A DNA stretch of 64,000 nt. It comes from Octopus vulgaris (Eukaryota). Position 1 is the first letter of the stretch; each line of letters begins with the position of its first letter. Below the pieces are notes generated by a model. That model made no database searches, was not told the origin of the DNA, and saw only the letters and a program-made list of their open reading frames with translations. A program made the translations under genes and the position numbers. This document shows positions 27,227-40,549 of this stretch, one piece after another. The stretch is from positions 30,628,001-30,692,000 of the forward strand of contig OX597814.1 of NCBI GenBank assembly GCA_951406725.2, given 5' to 3'.

Positions 27227-27272
<46 letters not shown>

Positions 27273-27483
27273 CGTGTGACTGTGTGTGCGTATATACAAA
27301 GGTACACATAAAAATCAAGAGAACCAGGTGGTTTAAATCTGCACACATATATGAATATAAGTGTAGGGATAAGTAAATTTTCTTGTCTAGAATTAGCATG
27401 AACAGAATATAGAAAAGCATGCATAGAAAAGAAAATAAGGGCATAGCGATGGAGAAAGAAATGGGAAAATGACAAATAAAAAT

Positions 27484-27595
<112 letters not shown>

Positions 27596-27633
27596 GTGTA
27601 TACATATATATATGTGTATATATATATGTATAC

Positions 27634-27686
<53 letters not shown>

Positions 27687-28645
27687 AAACATACAAAGCG
27701 CACTCACTTTTACAAGTATAAAACGTATATATAAATATAATGTGTGTGCGTGATTATATACATACGTATGTATGTATATAAATATGTATATATATATGTA
27801 TATGTGTGTGTGTGTGTGTGTGTGTATAAATATGTATCTATATGTATATATGTATGTATGTCTTTGTATATAATTACGTGTTCTTAATCTTGATTGGAAT
27901 TAATAATATGCGCCCGTACGCAAGTAAATGTGTACCCTGTATACATGTACATGTGCATGTGTAAGTATATATGCGTTAATGTGTGTATATGCTTGTAGTA
28001 TGTAAATATATATATATATATATATGAATGTGTGAGCTATGTGTACGTATTTCGCGCACACGTACGTGTGTTTTTGTGAGTGTGTGTGTGTGAGTGTGTG
28101 TGTGTGTGTGTATGTGTATGTGTGTGTGTATGTGAGATTTCATGAAATCGAAAAATTCCTTCTAGTGAGATTTTTGATTAAAATGTTTCTTCTTTTCGAC
28201 CTTTAAACATAGTTTTCATCCTTCAGTCATTATCTGCTGAGCTGTTGGGAAATGTCTTTAGCCTCAGGAAATATGGCAAAACGCCGGCAGGAATATAGGA
28301 GGAGGGTAAAATGAAGCAGAAAGCTAGATAAATCCAAAAACACAACAACACATGTAAAGAAACCTTCTGGAATTATATTAATTCATGATTTTGCTGAAAT
28401 GATATATTTTATATTTCTAGTGTAGCACACAAATAAGAGAAAAATACACTACGTTCCATCAATAATTGCATAAATAACAATTTTGGTTATAGATTAGTTA
28501 AAGGTTTATGATTATATATGTATATATATATATATATATGCATATATATGTGTGTATGTATATATATATATATTTAAATGAATAATATTTATTTCTCACG
28601 AGATGGAGTACATTTTTGTTGAATATGCTATAAGGAAACAGTACA

Positions 28646-28751
<106 letters not shown>

Positions 28752-29065
28752 ATTCGCTTTTATGTTCAGTTATAATAAAAACAATTTTACTTTAATCTGA
28801 TGGGTTATTCTATATTTTTGTAGAGTGTAAATTTATTAGTCTTAAACAATAATATTGATGACAGTAACCTCGACGATAACATACTTGGTCGAAACTTCGA
28901 ACTCACAGTCAATAATCTTGTTTAAGAATAATATATATATTCTTGTTTGAAAGAGAATATATATGGCTGAAACGAATAAACGAATAAAAGAATCATATAT
29001 ATATATATATTTTATATGACTTTTCTATATATATATGAATATATATATATATATATATATATATA

Positions 29066-29600
29066 GAAGGTTGAAAAGGAACACACGAGTTGATATATAT
29101 AGAAAAAGTCAAGGTATAAAATGCTAAAATAATTTTATAAAAAACATTTCAGTACCGGTTTCAGTCATTGAGACTTTTTCAACTGTAAGTATGGAAAACA
29201 ATTAAACTTTGGAAAAATTCAAAGAAAATTTTTTTAAAAGAATATTTCCATAGTATTCAAATACAAGGGGCATTTTCCTTGTTTCAGCCTGTCTCTGTCT
29301 CTCTTGTTTACTCTTGTGGGTTCGAGGTCGTTGTGAATTCTTGGCAGGCAGGAAGAAGAAGAAGAAGAAGAAGGACGATGATGATGAGGAGATGAAGAAG
29401 AATGCGGTAGTGCCATGATAGTAGTAGGATGTCAAATAGTCAAGTGCCCTGAAAGTGACTTGCTGTGGATGGTAGTAGTGATTGAATTCTTGAGACATCT
29501 CTTTTGAATGTATTGTTTATAAAATTTGGTAAGAATACACCTACGAATTCAATCACTACTACCATCCACATAACAAGTCACTTTCATAGTAATGGTAAGA
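29066..29600 (-). mobile_element. PLE 3' end/pLTR with inverted 5' piece, at (TA)n
   Basis: Minus-strand INNTFKRDVSRIQSLLP-stop; inverted repeat 29451-29489/29545-29585; HHR variant inside. Confidence 0.6.
29147..29188 (-). ncRNA. minimal hammerhead, U3:A8 core variant
   Basis: CAG-UUGAAAA-AGUC ucaau GACU-GAAA-CCGG-UA-CUG. Confidence 0.65.
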
Positions 29601-29666
29601 CAACAAAAGAATGAAAGAGACCCCGATATTATGTAAATAGAGGAATTTATTTGTAATATAATATGT

Positions 29667-29721
29667 GACAATTATTTCGGATGTCGGGGCAGAAATCTGC
29701 ATCGGCATCTCTTCAGTTATC
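29667..29721 (-). ncRNA. hammerhead-like motif, stem III nearly absent
   Basis: GAUAA-CUGAAGA-GAUG..CAUC-C-GAAA-UAA-UUGUC. Confidence 0.4.
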
Positions 29722-30844
29722 GAGGCAATTGAAATATGCTATTCAAATGACCGTTAAACAAAGGGAAATTACTATGTAATTGACCATTATTAAAACAAAA
29801 GAGCTATTAGAATGACCTTTAAATAAAGGAAAAAACCGAAGGGGAGGAAGTAAAAAGTAAAGGAGTAAAAAAGCTTATAGCAATCGCATATGCGTGTATG
29901 TACATACATGCACATGCGCGCAACGCACCCACGTACACGTGCATATATGCATATGTTCACTCAGGCTCGCATGAAGCACATACATGCTCACCCACACATA
30001 CGCCAAATAGATGCACACATAGATGCAACCATGCATGTACACGTATACAAATCCACATATACACACACGCACATACCCATACACGCACAGTTATATTCAA
30101 ATACACGTCTAAAAATACGCACATGCTGTATGTTCGCTCACACTCGCGTGGAACATATGCATGTACACCCACACATACATGCAACCATGCACATGTACAT
30201 ATATGTGTACATGTACACATGCCCGCACATACGCACACACACACGCACGCACGCACGCACACGAGCGCGCGCGCACACACACACACACGTGCACGTACCC
30301 ATACGCGTACAGTTATATTGAAATGTACGTCTAAAATACATACATGCTATATATGCATATGCTCGCTTACACTCGCGTGGAATACTGGCATGTACATATA
30401 TATATATGTACACACATATATATATATATATAGGAATAAAATATATATATATAAAGAAACAAGAACGTGAAATACACAAAGGGACGAACAGAGAAAACAG
30501 ACGGGTCATTCGAAGCCTTTAATCTTCAGTCAGAAACCGGATCATCATAGCAAATTTCGCACACACACACACGCGCACAAAATATTCATATACACGTCTA
30601 TATACGCACATGCACAATAAAAATCCAGGGAGGAATTTGAAACACAGGAAAAAACGTGTAAAAATATATAAAGCAATAAAAATATAAAAATATATCTCTA
30701 TAAATATGTAAAAAAATATATAAAAAATATACAAGAAATATATATAAAAAGTATAGAAAGATAAAAAGCTTGTGCGTGGGCACAATATAAAAAGCAAGTT
30801 CTATCTGTGATCTTTGGGGGGGGGGACCAAAAACGTAACTAAAT

Positions 30845-31270
30845 TTTAGCCACATGTGGACATGATCCCAAAAGTTCAGTTCTTGAATTTAGACATGTAG
30901 CAGGGTCTAAGCTACATGAACCATCTTTCCATATCGCAAAGACAGCACTTTCTACTGCCGTCAGTGTAAGTCTTACACTTGGCTAAGATCTCCCAATGGA
31001 TGTTGTAACTGACACCTTTATCTTTTAAGGACAATATGTGACTGGATAATTTGGTCGTTTTCTTTTATCCCAGTGCCTGAAGCTTAATGTGTGATAGTTG
31101 AACCTGACCTTGAAATTCCCCTCTGTAAGGACCACATATTTCTTTGTCGAAACTGTGCCCTTAGTGGTTGTAGAGTCTACGGTGGCTTCATAAATTATTG
31201 TCTCTGACATGCAAGCTCCATTTAGCGGGCGCATACTTTTATCCCTGCATGAACAGCTGGTTTCATTTTG
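30845..31270 (-). mobile_element. Penelope-like GIY-YIG endonuclease pseudogene fragment
   Basis: CSCRDKSMRPLNGAC..IIYEATV..KKYVVLTEGNFKVRFNYHTLSF; after frameshift TKLSSHILSLKDKG..IHWEILAKCKTY..RKCCLC..LNSRTELLGSCPH. Confidence 0.88.
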
Positions 31271-31473
31271 TAGTTGTATATGAATATATGTGTATTTTTT
31301 TCAATGTTTACAAATAACACGCGAAAAAAAAATAGTTACCAGGATAGCAAGTACCAATCATGTAACAGCCTACTTATAAAGGTAGAAATTCCAGGTTTTG
31401 GTGAAATATTTTTGTATGACACAGATAAATAAATAAATGGAGATAAACGCAGGTGTTATTCAAATCTTTATAC

Positions 31474-31559
31474 TTCCGACATATGTTTCGAAGAAAACAT
31501 TGGTATCATTACAGAAGAAACACAATGCTGTAAAACAGTGCAATCTTCTCATCAGGGAA
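31474..31559 (-). ncRNA. intact type I hammerhead
   Basis: UUCC-CUGAUGA-GAAGA...UCUUC-GAAA-CAUAUG-UC-GGAA; GUC site. Confidence 0.85.
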
Positions 31560-31662
31560 AAAGAGAAACAATACATTTTAACGCACCAGCGTTCTTTTCA
31601 TCATCTATGCAGTAATCACATTCGGTTAAAATGTCTTATTGATACGTTTTGTTTCTCTATTT

Positions 31663-31748
31663 TTCTCTGATGAGAAGATTGCATTGTTTTACATCATTTT
31701 ATTCCTTCTGGAATTATACCAATGTTTTCTTCGAACCATATGTCGGAA
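31663..31748 (+). ncRNA. hammerhead copy with GAAA mutated to GAAC
   Basis: Same family as 31474-31559; core substitution at 31736. Confidence 0.65.
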
Positions 31749-32032
31749 GTATAAAGATTTGAATAACACCTGCGTTTAACTCCATTTATTTATTTATTTA
31801 TCTATGTATCTATCTATCGATTTATCTTTCATCTATTTATCTATATTATATACTATCATTAATAATATATTTTTAATTACAAAGATGAAACACTATCAGT
31901 AGAAAAGTCTCAATACGAGTGGTGGAAATTTATTTTATTATTGTAGACTGATGTTTTACCAAGAAAGGCTTATCAGGCAATAATGATATCATCATTATTA
32001 TTATTATTATTATTATTATTAGCAGCAGCAGC

Positions 32033-32065
<33 letters not shown>

Positions 32066-32066
32066 T

Positions 32067-32141
<75 letters not shown>

Positions 32142-32254
32142 ATGCAGCGGGCTTGAGTTAAGGAATTTAGGAAATATCAAGAAAGATTGAACGAGCCAGA
32201 TGAAGTTTATATAAAAGTTAAAAATAGAAAAAGGGAGGAAATAGGGAATCTATC

Positions 32255-32643
32255 TTTTTATCTTTTATTATTTTACGAGTTTCAATCATTGGAGTACAGA
32301 CATGCAGGGACACTGGCTTGAAGGATTTAGTCGAATAAATTTACCCTAGTCCTTGTTTTTTTTAAGCTTGGCACTTAATTTATTAGTCTTTTGTTGTCAA
32401 GCCGTTAAATTATGGGGATGTAAACAAAGCAACACTTGTTGTCAAGTTGTAGATTGGACGAACCACGCACACATGCAAACACACACAAACACACACATGG
32501 CAGTTTCCGCAGAATTTCCGTCTGCCACTCGGTCAGGAGCTATAGTAGAAAACAATTGCCTTAAGTGCCGCGCAGTGGGACTGAACGTGAAACCATGTAG
32601 TTGCAAAGTGAGCTTCTTAACCACACAGCCATGCCTGCGCCTA
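32255..32643 (-). mobile_element. SINE A, diverged
   Basis: Family homology. Confidence 0.78.
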
Positions 32644-32791
32644 TAGATACTTTTAGAAAACGAAAACAAAACTTATATGAACTGAGAAATAAGAATAAAG
32701 AAGAGGCAGAAGAGGCACATTTTAACCGAATGTGATTACTGCATAGATGATGAAAAGAACGCTGGTACGTTAAAATGTCTTGTTTCTCTTT

Positions 32792-32877
32792 TTCCCTGAT
32801 GAGAAGATTGCACTGTTTTACAGCATTGTGTTTCTTCTGTAATGATACCAATGTTTTCTTCGAAACATATGTCGGAA
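32792..32877 (+). ncRNA. intact type I hammerhead (in inverted repeat 32717-32940)
   Basis: Identical core and stems to 31474-31559. Confidence 0.85.
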
Positions 32878-33223
32878 GTATAAAGATTTGAATAACACCT
32901 GCGTTTAACCCCATTTATTTATTTATCTATGTCATACAAAGGAATAATCCAAATATGGAATCTGGGTAATGGTGAATTCGTGATACGATTCACTGTATGT
33001 AGTGTGTTATAATATTGTCTTAATATAATCGCTAAGAAGCAAGATGATTTAGTTATACCAATTGTAAAATGAGATGTGATTAAAATAGATCTATGGTAGA
33101 GGGAATGTGCTTTGTGGGACAAAAGGAGTTACGACACAGGTTTTATAAATATTATTTCAGTGCTGCCTAACATCGCTTTATAACAATGCATTTCATTGCA
33201 ATCAAACCAAATTGACAACTCCG

Positions 33224-33344
<121 letters not shown>

Positions 33345-33521
33345 GTGTATGTGTGTGTATGTTTGTATGTAGGTTTGTTTAGTGGTTTGGTAAAAAAGTG
33401 TCCGATAGAATGTGTACCAGGCTTGAAATAAATACAAGGGGGTGGATTTGATCGACTAAATCTTTCAAGACGGTAATCCAGTATGGCCGCAGTTCAATGT
33501 CAGGAAACAAAAGATTAAAAG

Positions 33522-33597
<76 letters not shown>

Positions 33598-34680
33598 CAT
33601 ATATATGTTGTACATGTATATGTTGTACATGTATATGTGTATGTGTGTGTATTGGTTCCAACTTAGTATAGATATTAAGATGTTGAGAAACATTGGCTTT
33701 GACATTGGAGGCAGATTAAATAACATATGACTATATAGGTTTCTATAAGTGAGTGCTTAGGTTAACAAATGTTAGACTCAAGGTTAGTTTGGGCCAATAA
33801 ATTGTTCATACAATATTTAGGTAATTGTAATTGGAAAGAGCGTAAGTTGCTACCGTTGCTTTTGGCTGCGAAATGAAAAATGCATTCAGGATAAATCATA
33901 TTAATGTAAACCGATCCACAGAAGTGCAGTGTTTCACAACGAAGTATAAAACACCATGATATAATATAATATACTGTAATATAATATAACATGGAATACA
34001 GTAATATAATATAGGCAAATGATATGAAATATTGGAACGAAATTTAACATATGGTATATTGGAACGACGGAGGTGATATAAAAACCTCAAAAGTTATAGT
34101 TAACGGCATGTCTACGCCAATTAAATAGACGTAAAGGTATATAGACATGCATATGGGTATGTAGAAATTTAGATATACACATATGCTTACATATATAAAC
34201 AAGCAACCCTGTTTTTACATACAAAAAAGTATATTTAAACAGATACAAGTTTACTATGATTTGTCAATGTAATACTTTATGTGGGTTGTCCTCAGATAAA
34301 AAGCATTCAAGTACATAAATACATATTAAACAAAAGCATGTCAAAGAATGAATATGCAATTATATGCATTAGAAGTAGTGGCATAGCCTAGCATATATAC
34401 TTTTGTAGTAATCAACGCACCAGACTGCATTCGAACTTATTTCAACAGAAGCATATGCGTACTGACATGTATATATATGTGTATAAATACAGTTTCTCAA
34501 GGATAGGACAAACTCGCATCTTTCTTCATTTCCTGAATGTATGCCTCCTCTTTCCTCCCTCTCTCATTATATATATATATATAACGGGAAGCTTTATGAA
34601 AATAAACAAAAGACGAAGGTAGGTGGAATACAAACAAACAATTGTATTAGTATGGCGCTCAGGAATATAAATAAAACAAG

Positions 34681-34718
34681 TCTTTTACGTTTCGAGCCTA
34701 CGCTCTTCAACAGAAAGA
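34681..34718 (-). ncRNA. minimal hammerhead variant (CUGUUGA core) in a TA-flanked element 34583-34810
   Basis: UCUUU-CUGUUGA-A-GAGC guag GCUC-GAAA-CG-UA-AAAGA. Confidence 0.55.
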
Positions 34719-35151
34719 TACACAGAAAAGAAACACGGAGAGAAACAAGGAGAGAAATAAAATGCGTACAGAAGCTAGCGAATCAACATGGCGATCTGAT
34801 TCCGGCCAGAAATATATATATAAATATTATTAATAGTTACGGAATGTAATAATTCCAAGCCAACGGAAAAAAAAATTTCAATTTAGCACACTAAACCAAA
34901 ATTCACAAAAAGAGGAATTTAGTAAGTAATGCATACCTTGTCAAGTCTACTATAATTTAGAGAGTAGCAGAGGAAATAGTGAGGGTCAATATAAAAAGAG
35001 TGGTGGCCTAGTTATTTACACTTGGAAGAAAATATGTAGAGTAGACTTGACAAGGTATGTATTACTTTCTGCCAGAGATATAACAACAGAAACAATGTAA
35101 ATATTTTGAGTTACATTATCGATGGTTGTATCCTTTGTTTGAAGTCTATGC

Positions 35152-35239
35152 AGTCATCTGACGAGAACGGTTTCTTTCAAATGATGTAATGTTTTCATTA
35201 AACAATTAAAGGAATCGCTTGAAACGGCCGTAATTGATT
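35152..35239 (+). ncRNA. type I hammerhead
   Basis: AGUCAU-CUGACGA-GAACGGUUUCUUU...AAAGGAAUCGCUU-GAAA-CGGCCG-UA-AUUGAUU; an upstream inverted repeat at 34925-34951/35040-35066 marks a PLE-type insertion. Confidence 0.75.
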
Positions 35240-35919
35240 AACACTTGTACGTCTTCGTTACTCATTTATATTTTATTCACCTACCTTGGAATTTGCACTT
35301 CGGAAATACTACAGAAAGCACATTTATATAAAGCATATGTCTGCACTACCAAGAGCAGATATCTTCACTCAGTTGGGTTGCGTTGTCAGCACACACGGCA
35401 GGAATATCAAGTGCAAACACCTCTGCACAGTGTTTTGATACTCAGTATTTAATTAATATTGTTTGGGCGTGCGGATTATACCGACCTGACAAGATGCCTC
35501 AGTTTAAGTACTTAATTGAACGGAATCTTATAAATATATATATTTGATAATCGCTGCGCATTCAAAGCCAGTGAACAGCAATGACGATACCGGTTTGACT
35601 TTGAATCTCTTTAACAATTCAAAGTAATGAATTTAATTCCTCTTAATTCTACCTCAGTTCATCTAATTGTATTTATTTATCGCTACTTTTCATAAAAAAG
35701 CCTTTAATTTTTTTGATATCCAATGTGTATTTTCGCTTTTTTTCTTCTTACTTTCCCCATATCTTTTCCACGTGTAGTTTCTATTTTCTTTTTGAAGCAT
35801 ATTTCTATTATATATGTTTATATATATATATATATAAACAATTGCAGCGTGGAAGGTGTTTGTAAGCCATTTAAGAAACACACAAAAGCCGTTCGATTCA
35901 CTTCAACATTTAAGATTAA

Positions 35920-35969
35920 TTTGTCAAAATATTTTCGTCGCTAAAATCCGCGACCTGTTCACTGACAAA
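35920..35969 (-). ncRNA. minimal hammerhead, G3:C8 core variant, in a ~140-bp (TA)n-flanked element
   Basis: UUUGUCA-GUGAACA-G-GUCGC ggauuuua GCGAC-GAAA-AUAU-UU-UGACAAA. Confidence 0.7.
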
Positions 35970-35975
35970 AATCCA

Positions 35976-36630
<655 letters not shown>

Positions 36631-36668
36631 CTGAGTAACATGTTTCTAGAAGCGCACAGGGAGAACTA

Positions 36669-37057
36669 TGGAAGCACTCCGTCGGTTACGACGATGAGGG
36701 TTCCGGTTGATCCGGATCATCGGAACAACCTGCTCGTGAAATTAACGTGTAAGTGGCTGAGCACTCCACAGACACGTGCACCCTTAACGTAGTTCTCGGG
36801 GATATTCAGCGTGACACAGAGAGTGACAAGGCCGGCCCCTTGAAATGCAGGTACAACAGAAACAGGAAGTAAGAGTGAGAGAAAGTTGTGGTGAAAGAGT
36901 ACAGCAGGGATCACCACCATCCCCTGCCGGAGCCTCGTGGAGCTTTTAGGTATTTTCGCTCAATAAACACTCACAACGCCCGGTCTGGGAATCGAAACCG
37001 CGATCCTATGACCGCGAGTCCGCTGCCCTAACCACTGGGCCATTGCGCTTCCATAAT
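36669..37057 (-). mobile_element. tRNA-derived SINE family C, full length
   Basis: 10-bp TSD GGGAGAACTA (36659, 37058); highly similar to 39854-40239. Confidence 0.92.
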
Positions 37058-38419
37058 GGGAGAACTAGTCATGCATCGATTTAAAAATGTGTGGGCCAAC
37101 ACAGAATCCTTTGTGAATATGTTGGGGTCAAGTAGTTTCCTGTCTTCATCTTTTAATCCAAAATGCATCGTTGCAGAGTAACATTATTTTTATAGCCTTT
37201 TATAGTAGCTCAATTTCCATAGCGTTGATAAGGTAGAAATAGACTAGTAAACCTTATTCTGTAATGAATGAGTATGTACTTGGTTACTCACGTGGCATAT
37301 TCAGATGGAAAAAATATCCCAACATTCATTTTAATCATGAAACTGAAATTATTCCATAGTTAGTAGTGATATTTGTTTCCATTTTACTATAATTTAGTCT
37401 AGTACAGGTTTTGGTGAGAATCACACGGTCAATTTTAGAGTAGCCAATAGGTATATTGGACGTGTACTTAGTAAATTTATGTTGCGATCTTTTAGAGTCA
37501 AATATGAGCCTTGGATATATCCACATATGCTATGTGCATGTATAAATATATTGTAATATATACACACATACATACATACATACATACATACATACATACA
37601 TACATACATACATACATACATACATGCATGCATGCATGCATACATACATACACACACACATACATACATACATACATACATACATACATACATACATACA
37701 TACATACATACATACATACATACATACATACATACACACACACATACGCTAATTCATATTTCGCGATATATGTGCAAATATGTATTCAAATATAGACACA
37801 TATATCCTGAAATATTGCTATAGAATCATGATATGTTTTAGCACACATTTGAAAGAGTTTATTTTTCTATTGATCTTTATTCTGTAAAATAATAAAAAGG
37901 AAAAAAAAGTTTACTCAAACTTTATTTTGGAAAATTACCTTCGGAGAAGATGAAAATTCGATTATGAACTTTCGTTATTAGCGTCTGATAAATAATATAA
38001 TAGTTTGCAAAACATCGTTTATGAAGTGGATGCTATGCCTTTTGTTATGACTAAAGATTATAAAAGATGTTTTTTAGTCCATATGAAATGCGCCAGAAGC
38101 ATTCTTTTCGTTGATTCAATGTAATGATGATGATAAGACCAGTATTAAATGCATCAACTTAGGCTTGTAGTAATCAGCATTAATATTTGAGGTTGTTTGT
38201 AAAACTCACAGAAACTTGATTTAAAGATTCAGTTACACATAGAATTTAGAAAGTTTCATTTATACACGGCTCTCTGTGTCTCTGTCTGTTTGTCTCTCTG
38301 TTTGTCTCTCTGTATATTTATGTTTATGCATATGCACACACACAAATGCATGCGTGCATACGTACATACATACATACGTACGTACGTACATAGTATTTAC
38401 AACGTTATCTGCAGGAACA

Positions 38420-38575
38420 ATTGCCTTGACGTATACATCAAAGGCATGTCAGAACCAGCATGTATTCACACCTTTAAAAACAAGAATTTCTGTTGGAGCA
38501 CTCCAATAAAAAATGCAGTTTGGTGCAAACATAACAGACCTGATATTGTTTTGTGGGACGCCGAAGCGCAATAGC
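38420..38575 (+). mobile_element. RLE-LINE (Dong-like) fragment
   Basis: WSTPIK..CKHNRPDIVLWD. Confidence 0.6.
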
Positions 38576-39853
38576 ACAAGGAAACTTAAACATACATATT
38601 TTACATTTTTTTCTCTGGACAGGGATCCCTGTTTCTAATGGAAATGTGTGTACAATATATTATATGCATCGCCTGTGTGAAAGCGTTGCTTATTTCTATA
38701 TACACACTGACGTTGCCATACGACGTTTCCACGCTACCAAAACTAACTGTAAGTTTGTTTTCTCAACTGTAAGTTGGAGAAAACTCAAAAGCAATATCCC
38801 AATGAAGAAAGTCGATACACTTGAAAATGGTTAATTTTCAGAAAGGATCATCATTAATCAGAGTAATAAGCGAGCAATAATATTGTTAATGAGAGTTTTA
38901 AATATTTCGTACATTGTATATACCTAGAATATATATTCGATCATTAGTTTAGCAAAGAGCTCATTCTTATGCTAATAACATTTTTTTTGCCTGCTTGGTC
39001 TTGTTAACAATGAATTACACTCTCTCTCTCAATTTTGCTATCTCTATGCTACTCTTAATTAATCTCATTTACAATTATAATTAATGATCAAATCCACTGA
39101 AACTTGTAATCATTTCCTCTACACTCGTTTTCTTTTATTACCACTCATGCTATTTCTACAACTGATGCCTCTTATTAGATGTTTTCACACTGGAGGTTGA
39201 AATACGGAGACAACCACACGTGGCCTGTCCTACGGATTGCTTATATCACAGGGAATTTAGTTTTTATTTTATTTTATACAACTACATACATGGAACATGT
39301 ATGCATGATACATACATGCATACATAAATACACAGACAGACATATAAGCATAGTTTATTACAACTGAATGTTTATCTCAACAAATCGAATTTCATGCTAT
39401 TGCAATCTTCAGGTAAGAACTGTGACAATTTGTGTGTGTGTGCACGCGTGCGCTTGTGTACCAGTCTGTATGAGAACTGCAGCTGCTCCTACCACTACAA
39501 TACTACTGCATTTGCAGCTAATACTACCGCTGCTATGGTAAGTGCTCCAACACCTGTTACTGAAAAAGAGAAACTACTTCTACATCTACAGATTCTACAA
39601 TTTCCGTCTCTACAACTACTACTTAAGCTACTATGTTGACACTTCTGCAATAGAGGCCAGTACAGCCATCACTACTACAATGACCTCTATCATTGCTGTT
39701 GCTACTACTTTTACAATCACCTTACGACTACACCCACTATTACGAAACACTCCTTAACATCAACAGTGTTAAGAAAAAATAACTCTCTGTTACTGCTGCT
39801 ACAAAATGGAGCAATAAATCACTACTTGTGTTAAAGTTGTTACTACTACTTTA

Positions 39854-40239
39854 GTGGAGGCGCAATGGCCCAGTGGTTAGGGCAGAGGACTCGTGGTCGT
39901 AGGATCGCGGTTTCGATTCCCAGACCGGGCGTTGTGAGTGTTTATTGAGCGAAAACACCTAAAGCTCCACGAGGGTCCGGCAGGGGATGGTGGTGATCCC
40001 TGCTGTACTCTTTCGACACAACTTTCTCTTACTCTTTCTTCCTGTTTCTGTTGTACCTGTATTTCAAAGGGCCGGCCTTGTCACTCTCTGTGTCACGCTG
40101 AATATCCCCGAGAACTACATTAAGGGTACACGTGTCTGTGGAGTGCTCAGCCACTTACACGTTAATTTCACGAGCAGGCTGTTCCGTTGGTCGGATCAAC
40201 CGGAACCCTCATCGTCGTAACCGACGGAGTGCTTCCATC
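39854..40239 (+). mobile_element. tRNA-derived SINE family C, full length
   Basis: A box TGGCCCAGTGG, B box GTTTCGATTCCC; 12-bp TSD ACTACTACTTTA (39842, 40240). Confidence 0.93.
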
Positions 40240-40494
40240 ACTACTACTTTATGACAAGGCATACGTCGGAGGGAAATCAACACCCACCACCTTGTGAAGT
40301 TTTAATGAAAAATACGTAAACGTTTAAAACTGTTCTCACTTAAGATTAATTTGATTTAATCGACTTTATTTTACCTTTTCTTATTTTATGAAATAATTCT
40401 CGAAAACAATTGTAACCGGTTGCGTATTTTGATAACAATGTATTTTCCTAGTTTTATCATGATTAGAGTTCACAAAGCATCTCTCCTTTTGTTC

Positions 40495-40549
<55 letters not shown>

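Larger units (their letters stand above)
31285..31800. mobile_element. PLE-type fold-back element carrying two HHR copies
   Basis: 31425-31570 inverted against 31650-31800; tail 31285-31410 homologous to the reverse complement of 55405-55555. Confidence 0.75.

Noticed and set aside
29890-30400. Long His/Thr-rich ORFs with an internal repeat
   Set aside because: Degenerate CA/TA-derived tandem repeat, not protein-like
39856-39930. tRNA gene
   Set aside because: tRNA-like head continues into a multi-copy SINE body with TSDs; the same applies to the other A/B-box hits
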